A DNA stretch of 64,000 bases. Source: Antedon mediterranea (taxonomy: Eukaryota > Animalia > Echinodermata). Shown here piece after piece: positions 35,058 through 50,000 of the stretch. The notes below the pieces were generated by a model. It did no database searches. It saw nothing but the letters and a program-made list of their open reading frames with translations, and was not told the DNA's origin. Position numbers and translations under genes: made by a program. Every line of letters starts with the position of its first letter. Position 1 is the first letter of the stretch. Where the stretch lies: contig NC_092674.1 in the NCBI RefSeq assembly GCF_964355755.1, positions 23,126,001 through 23,190,000 of the forward strand, written 5' to 3'.

Positions 35058-38000
35058 AATATATCCAATCATTTTGGAATTGCACAGTTTACCTTTACAG
35101 GACATTCTATCGACGAGTGTGTACCCATTTCTGCACGAGCAATCATAACCCACAACTAAATCTGTACAAAGTTGTTGGCAACCTTGTCTGGTCGTACCGT
35201 ATAGGCATTCATTAATTTCTTCTAAAAATGCAATAAATTATGTTTTATATTAAGAAATTATTTTGATTGGATTAGATCTATTTTGTATCTATACCCAGTT
35301 AGATATAATTTTCAATAGGGTCGCTACAGTAGGCTACGTAAAGAAACAACGATGAACGCCTAATCGCCTAACAAGGTACTATACATTAAATATAATAATG
35401 AGTCCCGTAATCATTCTTAACATAGGGGATGGTACAAAGCATTATTTGGTAGGGTGGCCAGTTCATCTCATTACCTTCATATTCTCCCTGGTATTTTTTA
35501 AACCCAGGTAGTCATTTACAGCTCATTGAACATACACATTACTGGGCCTATCACACGTTTTAATAGCATTAATTATTATTATTACTTACGAAGACAATGT
35601 CCTTCTGAAGATAAGGGATACCCTTCACGGTCGCACAAACATTCGTAGCTACCCATTAAATTAAGACAGTTGGCATGCCTTCCACAGTTACCATGGTACA
35701 AAAAGCATTCATTAATGTCTAAAAAAAAACATATAATCAACAGTAACAATATAATAATAATATTAACAATCCTCAAATTATTTAAATAGTATATCTAGCT
35801 TATATTCTCTTCTGGTTCAAATTAATATTAAGAATAAATGAATTAAATAACGTAAAATCCCGAAAAAAATTCCATGGGCTTCTTCGTTTTTTAGGACTCT
35901 TGGGTGGGTTTCTTTTCGAAATAGGCTTCTTTTCGAGATTATTTTACAAAACAAAGAGGGGGGCTTCTTTCGAGACGGGCTTCTTTAAAAAAAAAAAAGC
36001 TCCATGGGCTTCTTTGTTTTACGGAAATTCACTTTTCTGATAACAAGGCCATATACATGGCTGCAGTCGCGTGCGCAAATTTGGGCTAGTGTTTACCGAC
36101 CGATCGACTGACCAACCGACCGACATAGTGAGCTGCCAGTCGTATTTGTGGTAATTAAAGAATATAACGGCAAAGAAGGCCATTTTTTAGGAAACTATAT
36201 AGAGGAAACTTTTCAAGGTAAAAGCAACTCTTTGCAGCATTGACGTCACAGAGAGGTTGTTATGATGGCTTTTAAATTCTACCGTGACGAACCCGGTTTC
36301 GCCATCCAATAATATATGTATGTATGTATTAATACATGGGAAGCTATGCAACGCACAACCCTTCTTTTTAAACTAAAACCTTCCTTGTAAAATTCTTACT
36401 TCTTCTTCACAGTCCTTTGGCGGGAATCAAATAGTCTTTACTATAATCATTGAGGGCGAAGTTTGAAAATAGTCAACAATGTTAAATTTCTCACCGATAC
36501 ATTTAGCCTTTGTACCAGACCAACTACCATCTGAGCTACAAGTGTGACGTTCACCTCCTTCAAATTCAAAACCGTCTGGACATTCGTTTATGACACTTTC
36601 CCCTTGTAGGTATCTTGGAAGTACAGGGGTTACGGTACCGTGGTTAGGTGGTACAGGAATTGGACACTCAACGTCTGAAATGACATTAAAACATACAGAA
36701 TAGAAAAAAATCAGAGGAACTAGTATGCGAGTCAATTCCATCCACCGTGCGGTGTCCAAGCCTTGCATACATTGTAGTATGACTTACCGATTTCGCAGTA
36801 TCTTCCAGTATGTTTTAAATCGCATTCACATTGAAAGCTGTTCACACCATCGATGCATCGTCCTCCGTGCTGGCAACTGACCGCTTCACAGTCATTAACA
36901 TTGGTTTCACACAGTTTACCTAGTTAAGAAGAATTTAGAAGATCAAATGATTAGTAAGAGCAATAATATCGTGACGATACAACGATTCTATTGTCATTTG
37001 ATTCGATTTTGAAAAATATTATTTCCATCAAATAAATGGTTATCCTAGTTCTAAGTTGAAAACTCTTTTTGTTTTTTTGTAAGAAAAATGTATGTGTATT
37101 TTTTACTTATCGTCGATCTTTATTGTCCGTAGTATAAACAGACCTTTATGCTTTCGTATCAAAGAGTAGAGTAACTAAGAGTAGGAAGTTTGAATACAAG
37201 ATATTTCAAAGATGGTGTACATTGATATATAGACAAATTTAGTCTAAACACGGTTATTAGTCCAACACAATTGGAAGATTTTTTAATTAAACGTAAACAT
37301 TTAAAAATGATGATGTTTAGTGTTAATAACCGAAAGTTTGGCATATTTTTTTCTGACTCTTTTACTTACAGCCATTGTTACCCACAGTATTTTTACATTT
37401 TCAGAAATTAGTCTACATATTTTTTTCGGATATTCGTATAAATATAAATTCGTTTTTACCAACCTGTATAACCAAGATTACACTTGCACTCAACTGAATT
37501 ATTGCAATTGTGATCTACGCATGCGCCGTGTACACAAGGATTTGGGTTACAATGCGGACACTCTGTTTCACATTTTTCTCCTTGATATCCCGGAGGGCAT
37601 ACGCAGTGAGCCTCATCAACCCCATCTCTGCAGTTTCCTCCATTTATGCATTGTAATTGTTGACATTGGTCAAGATCTAGATGATTAATTATTTTGTATT
37701 AAAGCAATGGCCCATATAAATGTTATAATAAATATGCAGCAGTTAGTGTAAATCATGATTTAACACGATAGACGGGCTTAGAGAAGACGGGTTATATGCG
37801 TTTCATCTCCCTTTTGAAAGGTGAAGAAAGGACTTCTAGGAAAGTTTTGAGAACCCTTTCCACTTCCATCATTTATTTGTAGTAAGATTTATAATAAAAA
37901 TTAATTTGTATAATTATACTTAGATTTTGTAATCCTTTCCGTTGTTTATAATTGAATTAATTCGTAATTTTGTATATATTTTCTTAATTTGTTCAACTTA

Positions 38001-41000
38001 AATTTGTATTTCAATTTTTGTTTTATAAATTCCAATAAAGTTTTTATCTATCTATCTATCCTGCCCTCCGCCAAAACCATGGATCGACAACCTACAGAGC
38101 TCATGCATACAGACGTTTCGATAGTAAAACACTCCGGAATTGTGGCGGTTACTGAAGCCAACATGCCTTGGTTTAATTGGACGGTGACGTGTCCCTGCAA
38201 GAATACAGCAGTATATTGGTTGAGTCAAGAGTATTTACCTGTACAGAATTGTGATGGCTTGATCACTGTAATTCCTCCTTGTATGTTTGGCAAGAAGTCA
38301 GGCCACGACCTGACGATACCTGATACGTGTTTATGTTGACAGTTGCTCGACAACAGTCGAATTTCTTCAGATGAAAGCGCATGGTTCCAAATGTTCAATC
38401 TACGTTTAAAAAAAGTTTTCATTTGGTACCTTGGTTACGATGTAGAAAAGTATATTATAGTAAATAATATGTATGCATACCTGCTGATCTGACCTACGAA
38501 CGCTTCTTTTGCGCTAAAACCACCTCCGACATTGTCCTGATCTTGACCAACAACCACATTGCCACCAGAAGGAATAACCTGGTTAGTAAGAAAATCTTCA
38601 CCAGTTGCTGCTACTTGGCCATCTTTGTAGAACGTCCAAGAGCCTCCTATGAATATATAAAGAGTACATACTAGTTTGATCTAAAAGATTATGTCAAAAT
38701 TATTACATTATTCTACTGCAGCTACTGCAGTAACGGCAGTAGAATAAGGTCGTCATAATTATCCAGATTAAAGAAGATTAAGTTTAAACTAACCAATCGA
38801 TCAATCACTATCAACCACCTTGTTATATAGGCTATGTTTGATGGAAGCTATGTTGATGGAGGCTATGTTTGATTGAAGTTATGTTTGATGGAAATTATGT
38901 TGATGGAGGCTATGTTTGATTGAAGTTATGTTTGATGGAAGTTATGTTTGATGGAAATTATGTTTGATGGAAGTTATATTTGATGGGTGTTATTTTGATG
39001 CCGATTATGTTTGATGGAAGTTATGTTTGATGGAAATTATGTTGATGGAGGCTATATTTGATTGAAGTTATGTTTGATTGAAGTTATGTTTGATGGAAAT
39101 TATGTTTGATGGAAGTTGTGTTTGATGGAATTTATGTTTGATTGGAAGTTATATTTGATGGGTGTTATTTTGATGCCGATTATGTTTGATGGAAGTTATG
39201 TTTGATGGAAATTATGTTGATGGAGGCTATGTTTGATTGAAGTTATGTTTGATGGAAGTTATGTTTGATGGAAGTTATGTTTGATGGAAGTTATGTTTGA
39301 TGGAAGTTATGTTTGATGAAAGTGATGTTTGATGGAAGTTAAGTTTGATCGATGTTATATTTGAATACGGTTATGTTGATGTATGATATTTTCAATGTCT
39401 ATTTTTTGTTCTCTCACGAAAATGACTATTGTCAATGATTATTGTGTAAAAACGTACGTCAGTATAAGATCAGAAAATGTTTGACAGAAGCATAGGACGT
39501 TTGTCGAAGGTATGTATAAGTTATTCTCTGATGATGAGTGTTACAATAGCCTTTAATAATGTAGGGCGCTTAACCTATAGTTATAGTAAAGTGAAAGTTT
39601 ATATAAAATGTCTTAAAAACTTTCGTTTGAAAAATCTGTATGTCATTACCGATATCTTTCTGAAGTGTTTGTTAACTACTTTATTTCTAGAACAGTTCTT
39701 ACAAAGTTGTTCTCAGAATAAGATCTCGTTATCGGCGACGCTTTTCTGACGTTAGTTGGTTTAAAAGATATCCGGTTTATTACCCACAGGCCACAGTAAA
39801 TCCAATGTTTAACATAATAAATCAATCTAAATCTATCGGAAATCTGTTCTCAGAAAAGTGTTATGAACTTTAGAACAGAAGACGGTCAGATAGATAGCTC
39901 TGTATTAAAATCTAATATCTATTTGTAGGCCTATGTCAGTCAAGAAGAGTTCTAGTGAAGTAGCGCCACGAACGTTATTTTAAAAGTTCATCAACAACCG
40001 CCTTCGATACATCTATTGCGATTGGTTGTTACCACAAGTTGTCCAGTTCCATTTCAGGTATACAGTACTTTGTTTTAAAAAAGAATAGGGCCTACAAAAA
40101 CACTAACAATATTATTCAATTTTCAATGCAACATGCCTAATTTTTTTATTATTTTATGATCGCAAAAATAAATAAAATACGAACCGAAACTTTCCCACGT
40201 GAATGCAATGTAGTGCCATACTCCGTCATTGGCACCGACGCCAGTAAACACCTGTTCGCCGTTTACAAACACCTTGAAGGCGGCGTAATCTGTCAGAGTC
40301 AGGGCATTGTCAATAAGTGAATCATCCTTATATACGGCGTATGAAAAAGGAGTTCCGATGTGGGTTTTATCTGAGGACTTCATCCAAAATCCCACTGTTA
40401 CTGCTCGAAGATTCGAAGGTATTCTTCTGACAAATGAGTAATCCGATATCATTCCAGAGGGAAGATTGAATGTAAAATCATCAGAGGTTTCTAAAGGTTA
40501 TAATCAAATTAATGAATGATTAATTAATATTTTATTTCAATTTAAAATATTGAACAAATAGAAAAAATGGAGAAGATACAATAAAGCAAAGATGCCTTTG
40601 AAAACAAAACAAAACAAAAAGAGAAGAAAAAGAAAGACGGACAAAGTGACCAACACAAAACAAAGAGATACAAATTTAAGAATGAGTCATTGTGAAGATC
40701 GTTAAACTATGGAAGTTAATTTTGTAATTGTGAATTAATTATTACGTAATATCAAGTATGAATATTATATTATTATATTGAACATTTAGCATATTTGGAT
40801 AGAGCACTTCAAACATTTGAACTCCAGGAAAGTTAAGTTTTCAGTTTTTTACTGGAATCGATGATGAGGAACCACTTGTGTTTTTAAATCTTAGGCCTAC
40901 TTATTGCGTATAGGCCTACATCATGTAGAAAACTAAGTGGTATGAAGTTTTCTCCAGTACTCACTTTCATCGCAAAATCTACCGCTATACGACGGTTCAC

Positions 41001-44000
41001 ACAGACAGCGATAACCGGCAATTTCATCAACGCACTCTTCAACATGTTGGCACTGATGTTGAGCACAGTCGTCGGTGTCGGTCTCACAGGCTAACCCCTC
41101 AAATCCAGATGGGCAATCACACCGGAAGTAACCGATTAAGTCGATGCAACTGTCGAAAAAACAAAAATATGTCTAACAATTAAATTGTTTCATCAGCCTC
41201 AATTAAGCTTGACCAAATTGTACATACAATCTGAGTAGAAAAGGTGTTATCTATAATAGCTATCCGATTCTCAGTACTCAGTATTATAGGAATATATGGT
41301 AATACATCATCTCATTTGTAGGCTATCATATAATTCCTGTACCGTGTAAGGTAATGTTAAGGGTTGGTTATGGTAATACAAGGAGATAGATGTGAACAAT
41401 GTGTAGTGTCGTAGGCCTATTGCCAAATATTCCCATGATAATGGAGAAATCTAGATACAGTACCGAAAAATCAAGCGTATTAATAGAATTGTCCTTGCGC
41501 CGTTTGAGGTGGACCACCTTTAATTCCTCTTTAACCTTTCTGATAGTTTAGGACAACAATTTTTTGTTTCCCGAAAACTGTATTTTCAGATCACTTTCAA
41601 AGTCAGGCCATACCAATAAGTAACAATTGTCTATTCTGTACCTACCTTCCGCCATTTTTGCATGGATTAGAAACACACTCATCAATGTCCTTATCACAAG
41701 ACATTCCACCGTACCCTTGTGGGCATATGCATCTAAACGAGCCATCAACTAGAGATGTACACGTTCCTCCATGTGAACACGGATAGGAGTTGCAGCTATT
41801 TGGTTCAATTTCACAAAATTTACCAGAATATCTATTCACACATGTACACGTGTAACCATCAATCTAATAAGAATAGAAGTAGCACATCAATTGAAAAAAT
41901 GAGCGGCATTAGGGCCAGAATAAAACATACAAAAACCGCTCAAAAGTGTTCCAATTTCATAAATGTATAGGAACATAAATATTTTTAACAGATTATTATA
42001 ATAAAATCATGACAAACTCACAAAAAAACATCACTTTTACAGAAAACTAACTTACAGTAATTGTTGATCCTAGTCTCTTAATTGGTTCTAAACTTGAAAA
42101 AAGTGGCACTTTATCTAAACTATATTGGCAGATTAGATTGAATGTGGATGGATTAATGGGGGCGGATTGTAAAGGGGGGTGGGGGGCGGATTGTAAAGGT
42201 GGGGGGGGGGGGAGGGGCGTATGACGGAATGAGGTTGAACCACGACAGGTATTGTTCCATTGCTTCTGTTGTGTCTTGTTGTGGTGCGTCAGGACATTCT
42301 GGATATTCCACTTCGGATATTTGATTTGATTTAATCACTTTATTTCAAAATAAATATTCCATATATACTATATATACAACAAATAATACAACACCGGAAA
42401 ATCAAACTAAAATAGGAGTTTTTCCCACTTAGTGTAGAGATTTGAATGTTGGAACAAATAGTTCGTGGTACACCTAACCAGATCGTTTTCACTATTCACA
42501 ATTCTTAATATAAAACCATAGACGCACTTGCGTAAATGCTCGTAGAAAGAGAGAATTCTCCTCGTGGCAAACATTATTACTAGCACTACAGTGCTTAGGT
42601 AAGCCTAGCAATATATTCTCAATGAGTTGTTGTAGCACACCTCCAAAGATTTAATAATCTTAACAGTGTGGTTAGACCATAACATACAACAGTACAGATT
42701 AGTTTAAAACGACCTGAACAGATTACATTTAAGCTTATTACATCTACTAAAACGTCTACAAAGAGTGTTACCTCGAATGCAAAGAGTTCGATACTGGCGA
42801 TTAATGTCATTAGAATCATCTAAATTATTACGTAAAATATGACCTAGGTAAGTCACTTCATTGACGTAAGATAATATATCATTATCTTATTGGATATAAG
42901 CCAATTGTTTTAAATTATGTAACAACAAAACTTACTTGATCTTGACACGCGGCCTGATTTTGACACGGATTTGAATCGCATTCATTTATCTCTATGTTAC
43001 ATTTAAGTCCAGTATAACCAGGGCGACATAAACAAGAAACACCATTGACTTGAAAGAAAGAAACATGTATCACAAATTAATTGATTTGATATTAATATAA
43101 TTTGAATTTTAAATATGATATTCACTCTATAGATTTCCTGCCTAAAATCATAATATTATTATATTAGAGAAACACAGTGCACTCTTCGAAAAGTAGATAA
43201 TGCCTTATATAAGTCAAAGATGCTATTCTTGTGGAATAGCATCTTGAGATGAGAGCGCGCCTTACTGTACTTAGTTACTCATACTTAAAAAATTTGTCAT
43301 TTATACGTAATTATGTTATTTTCTATGACCTGAAATAAAAGATTTAGTTGAATTGAATATCTATTTCATTTGATTACTTCAAATATTGACAAGTTCACTA
43401 ATAACCATACTCTATCGCTATACTAATATTTAGGAAAACAAGTGAATACCTCTGTCTATACAGGTTGAATTGAAGGAACATGGTATTGTTAAACACTCAT
43501 CGATATTGTTCTCACAAGTTGGACCATCGAACCCAGGCGGGCATTCGCAGCTAAAATCATACTTCTCGTCAATACACGTACCACCGTGTAGACATGGGAG
43601 TGATACACATGCGTCGAGTTCTGAAATATGAAGATAATAAACTATTATCAAGATGCCATCATTTAATATCTTACTGTTTTATAAATTAAGTTTACTCAGT
43701 AATCAGACTTGACCGGTTTTTACTAGCGGAGAAAAGGATGTGTTTATGACCAGTGTTTCGATCTTCTTTTCGAATCCTAAACCATCCTTGGGGATTTAAT
43801 TTAAACATGACATCAGCAGTACATCGCAAAACTACGTCACTATGAGATGGAAATTATATGATATTGTATCTTTTAGTAATTACCTACGCATTGGTTCTCT
43901 TTTGACGATCCTTCATAGTACGTTGTTAGACTGCCACCACACTTAATACAACGTCTTTGCTTTCTTTCAGGTTGATAAGTTCCAACGGGACACCGTTCAC

Positions 44001-47000
44001 ATGGTAATATACCGGTCACAGAAAACGAACCTGGTGAGCAGGTATCTATAGACGAAACAATGTAAATAAAAGAAGAATTCATTCTATTCTTCCATCTTAT
44101 TGTTAGAGTTGAACCAGACTCACACAATTATCTAAATTGCATACGTATACATTACATCAATTCAAGTTCTTCAATAGCCTTACCTAACTGAAGCCATCAT
44201 GACAATCTCTACAAAACCACAATAAGACCTTTTAACTGCATGTAGGCCTACTGTACAAGTGTTACCTCCACTGCCATTACAGTACCTAAGACGACAGTCA
44301 CTATTACCAACACTCCGTCATCACATCGATGATTAGTGATAACTTTGTCTACACTATCAAACTTTCTGTGACAAAAAAAGTTATGTGCCCATATATGGAC
44401 ACGATGACGTCATATTACTACCATATTTGGGCACAATAGTTTGATAGTGTACACAGAGCTTTAGCCATGGTGAAGTACGTTTTGAGCTGCTGTTAGAGTT
44501 AGATATCTAATTCTTATAGTATGTCCGTCAATATAATCGTCATAATCTGGTATCAAGGTCCTTCTTTATCTTTATCATTTTCTCTTTAATACATACCTTG
44601 ACACTGTTCAACCGAGCGTGTGCCAATATTCCACGTGGTTGTGCCGGCTGGACATTGTTTACAAGAAAACTGTCTGCTTTCATCTTGGTAGGTGCCGATT
44701 GGACACGATTTACAAGTTGCAAGCCCTGTAGCCGAGTAGGTTCCACGTTTACACACATCTAAAAACAAAACATTATAACAGACCTACAGTAAGTAGATTC
44801 TTTGCCATTTGATTGGAAGATTATGGGTCACATGAGATTCAATACATATGATAACAGAACAACAGAATTCACGTCACCTCATCTTCACTCTAATTTGCTA
44901 CTAATTTGTATATTCCCTTCTGGTGCCAAAAGGATAGAATTGTTCTATTTCCACTAATAATATTTATAAACTTCGGTGAGCATTCAGAGCCGAAAAACAA
45001 TTTATTTGACAAAATCAATCACAATGATACTTTAGACAGCGTTTTAAGTAACTATGCATACCTCTGCAAGATGTGAAGTTTTTAGCATTATCTCCAACTG
45101 TCCATGTTCCTTCTGCACACTTTTTACATTCCAGTTGACTCTCTTCATCCTGATACATGCCGTCAGGACACGTCATACACGTCTCAGAGTTCACGTTGTA
45201 GTATGTGCCAACAGGACAATTCACTATGAAAGAATATAATAATTTTAACAATCTATGGAAATTTTCAATAAATTTTAATTTTATACGCCTTTGTTTTATA
45301 TCCATCACGTGGTTTGGAAGTTGTTGAGGAAGAATATTTGTGCACTATGAGGATAATTTTTTTTGTTTGGAGCAAAACGGACTTACCACATTTAGTTCGT
45401 TTTTGCAATATCGACCCATTTGTACAGAATGGTTCACTCTCAAGGATCTCGTAATCTTCTTCGTCAACTTCCAACACTTCATTCTCTTCTTCAAGTACAA
45501 GCGGCATTGATCCTGTCTTGATTTGGTTTTCAAACGTAAGACCAGCATTATCCAGAACTTCCAAGAGTTCTTGGAGCTTTTGTTCACCGGCTTGTTCATC
45601 CTTAAGAAAACAAAAGAGAAAAACATATAAACTATGCTAAGTTATCCTAAGAACCTTTACAAACACGTTAGTAATAAAGTCGACCAATTAACACGACAGT
45701 ATCGGTGTGTTGGAAAAATCAGAATCACGTTTCTATAACTGATGACAGATATACTAGTGTAAATATTTCGACGCAACAGAAACGTCAGCTATGATGTAAA
45801 CAATTGGTAACCTAAACTTAGAAACTAAATTGAACAATATTACGATATCTTGCATAAAATCGAAACTTTATTCGATGCAATTATTATGTTTCTTACCTCA
45901 AACTCATCGTATGTGCTTGCTGTGACATTGAAAGAAATTGTGGCAATCATGTTGAAGCCCTGCTGGACTAAATCCCGACGGCGCCTACGAACAGTATCGT
46001 CAAGTTCACCACAATAAACCGTAACCTTTTCTATCATACAAGAGTCTTCCGTACTGCATCCTGATGCGGCAAAGACGCTTGATTCAAATGCCTTGACGAA
46101 CGCTTTTTGAATAGCTTTTTTGGTCTTTTCTTCATTGCAGTTTCCGGCGTAGTATTGGGATTTCAAACCTTTACGGGCTTGTCCAGCTACTTTTCTCTCT
46201 GGAAAGATATGGAAATTAAACTGTGAACTGCAAAACACAATGAAAAATAGATTTTTTTAGACCAGACTCTTATTTGTGAAATTAGATCTTGGTAACTTAT
46301 GAAATCTCAAATTCGGATATAATTTATTTTGATTTAATGGATTAACTGCCAAACAGTGGTGTTAATAGTCCATAAGCGAGATACCTGTATAGACTCTACA
46401 TATGTAGAGGTAGGGAATTCATGAAATAGACACATCCACTAGCTAAGTAGTATTTTGGTGATTACCGGTAATCATTAATAAGTTAAGTTATTTATGATTT
46501 CATTATTTTACCTGAACAATCAGGCCATCGTGTAGGAAGATTAGGTGGACTTGTAGACCATATACTGTTTGCACCACAGATGTACCAATGAGCGGGAGTT
46601 TCAGAAAACTCATATTTCTTATTGCAGTAAACACGACAGAACATACCGAACAACCATTGGTCACACGCTCGAGCTCCGTTTATTGGTGCTGGAAAATTCT
46701 CACACTTTGTCGCTGAAAAAGAAAGATATTTGAAATATTTGAATAGCGTTACAATACAAATACAGTGTTGTAGAATTTGTATGTTCTGTTGAGTGTTTTA
46801 TAAACATATATTCGAATTATCGTTTTTAATCTGCCACACCCAAATAAATTTCCCATTGTGGATAATAAAGTTGATTTAAATTTGAATATTAAAACAATCA
46901 TTGTAACAATACTTCAAATAACTATAGTAATACCGTTTCACATAGTATTCATGTTCCTGCTATAAATAATATTTTTTACTATTGGACGCAACACAATGAC

Positions 47001-50000
47001 GTAAGCGCAAGCAATTTGACCAATCACAAGCGAGGGATCATCCGAACTGTCGGTTGTATGCAACTCACTTGCGTTGCACCTACGTCGTTTTATTTTATTT
47101 CATCAAAACCAACAGCAACGGAAGTTGCCATTTAAAGGTATGAAACAGAAAACAGATACAATAAATACTCTATATATGAAGCAAAGTGGAAAACAAGCTT
47201 AAGTATGTTCAAGTGAGTGAGTGGCCGTGCGGTTAAGACAGTGGAACCGTAATTACGTAGCCATAACATCGGCAGGGGTTCGAGGCTCACTCACTCCATG
47301 GTTCTGGTGGTAGAACGAGTCTTCTCGGATAAGGACTATAAACCGTAGGTCCAGTGTACACATCTAGCTCATGTGCACTTTAAAGAACCTAGTACATCTT
47401 TCGAGACGAGTAGGGGGTTACCCCGGTGTATTAGTACATCACAGCCACTGATCACCAACTGGGCACTCTGGGAGACCAGTCTTTGACTGAAGAGGTTACC
47501 CAGTATAAATATATATTTCAATTCAATTCAATTCAAAAGTACCGAATATCTGTAACCTATTGCAAAAGTGTAATGTGAAATGATGCATTGTAGTTGTATT
47601 AGAAAAGTTACTTGTATTTTCTCGAATATTAAAACAAATGAATGATGTTTAAAGAGTTTATTTACAAATATAACCTACGACCAATTTCGATAGTAAAGAT
47701 ACAATCTGCTTCTTGGCCTGATGGATCACGTGCTGTGTAGGTCACTACATGGCTTCCCCATACCATGGCATCTCCAGAGTGATGTGTCTAAAGTTTTTAA
47801 AAGAAGTGCTGTTTAATTGATTCGTATACACTGCTATTGTCTGTAAGTTTCTTTACACAAACTTTGTTGTAATTTATTACAAGTCTATACTCTATTAATC
47901 AGTTCATTTAAGTCGAATTAAGAAAGACAGACACAATTAGTTAGTAGAGTCTGAAACCAGTTACTATTATTTCAAGCAGCCCGTGGTATAGTTTTTCTCG
48001 GACGCTTCTATTTATTGAGTGGTAAGCAAAGCATTAATCTTTTTAATAAACTCTAAAACAGTAAATATTAAATTTCCACTACTTAAGTGAATCGGAGATT
48101 ACGTAGGCCAACTTCACTAACCTGTGTAATTATAAGATCTGTACCAGAGTTGTCCGAAAATTCAGGTTCATCCCAAGTTACTGCCGTTTCTCTATCTTGG
48201 GATTCGACACTCTTCTTTTCGGGACAGCCGAGTACGCTCGGCTTTTCTTTGTCTAAAGTGAAGAGACAATTATTGTTTAATGAACAATGGTAAGCATAAG
48301 AACAAACTCATTTGTAAGCATATTTTTCTTACGCTTGTATTCAGTAATGTGTTTTATTATAAACATGAATATATTCTTGTTGATTGATTGATTGGACGAT
48401 TATGGGTCACATGATGTTCACTAATTCAGTAAAATATGGATTTTTTATTTTAATCAACTTCGCCTCATGAAAATTTTGAACTACTATGCTATGCTATAAT
48501 AAGCCTTGTACATATCTATACTAAGCTTGTTATTTATATCTCAACTCTTTGATATATCTCACCTTGGATGGAAATCTTAAAGAAGCATGACTTTTCTTTG
48601 TCAGCCATATCAATCGCTGTATATTTTATTACATGCGATCCAATGTCAAACCTGTCTCCAGATTTTGTACCAACTGGTTCTACTTCAATCCTTGGTATAT
48701 TTATAGGGTCGTTGTCTGTGATAACTGGATCATTCCAAATGGCTTGGGCACTGTTGAGGCCTGGTTCTGCCTCAATCGTAATACTAACGGGGCAGTTGAT
48801 TTCGGGTGGTTCTCCATCTTTAAAAAGATAAATATTGATGAAATAAATGTTCAAAGAAATTGAAAATGTTATCTTTGTTGTGCTGTTTCTTTTTTTGTGC
48901 TTTTTAAATTGAAATGTTTATTCAAGTTTATAAAATTCTATCAAATACTGTAAATATTGATGATAACATACTACTTATGGATCCAAACAATAGGCTACGA
49001 CATACGAGAGTTTAGGATAGACAAACGTAGTATGGCGGTGGGGGTCGGTAGTAGATATAATAAACTTTCCCAAATTTCCTGAATATGATTATGATGCATT
49101 TTTAGCAAGAATGTAAAAGTATTTCAAATTAATTTAAGAGGAAGATCCTCCTTTGAATTGAATGGACAGGTAATACTGGATTGATTGAAATGTATTATCC
49201 GGTAGAAACAGAAACAAGGATTGGTAAACAACTATTAGTACTGGAAAACACAGATAAGCCTGCTATCCAAGGTCTTGATCAGGATAGAAGGAACGCAATT
49301 ATTGTAATTGTCTAATCGCAGGAAATAAAACTTACACTGATTAGAGAGTGGAATTAACCTCAATAACAAAAGGGAGTGGAAGGTTTGTAAAGGTTGAAAA
49401 GATCATTCACAAATAAAAAAACTGCAATAGGCCTACATGTTATTATTCGCGTATAACAACCGAGTTTGACATGCAAGAAATACTAAGTGTAAAAAGTAGA
49501 TGTAGTAGGTTTGATTCACATGCAAAAACTAATGAGTTTGAGAAGTAGATGTCTAAAGCTCTGTCGACATTATCAAACTAGTTTTACAAAAAAATGTGAT
49601 GTGCCTATATTTGAACATGATGATGTCATAACATTACCATATTTGAGCATATCAGCACCATATTTGGGCACATCATTTTTTGTCAAACTAGTTTGATAGA
49701 AACAGAGTTTTAGATTTCATACACATGTAAGAACAGCATATTTTGTTTAAACATTACCTCAAAATTGGGCCAAAATCTTATTTCAATAATAATATTAATA
49801 ATGTGAATAGGGTTACTAACCAACACAAATGATAGCATTTTCATTACTACTCCATTCTCCCGCAGGCTGGCAACGTAAGATTTCATCTCCAATTATATCA
49901 TAACCTTTCTTACACCCAATGACACATGTTGTGCCAAGTGGTTGACGTTCTTTAGCACACTCCGCTGGAGCAATTACTCCATTCTCAGGAAGAGCAATTG

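Noticed and set aside
42153-42338. Pro-rich ORF as an extra SVEP1 exon
   Set aside because: No suitable splice sites, and the flanking exons already join in frame within one EGF domain.
47212-47296. tRNA gene
   Set aside because: It is a SINE head followed by a SINE body and tail; no proper cloverleaf.
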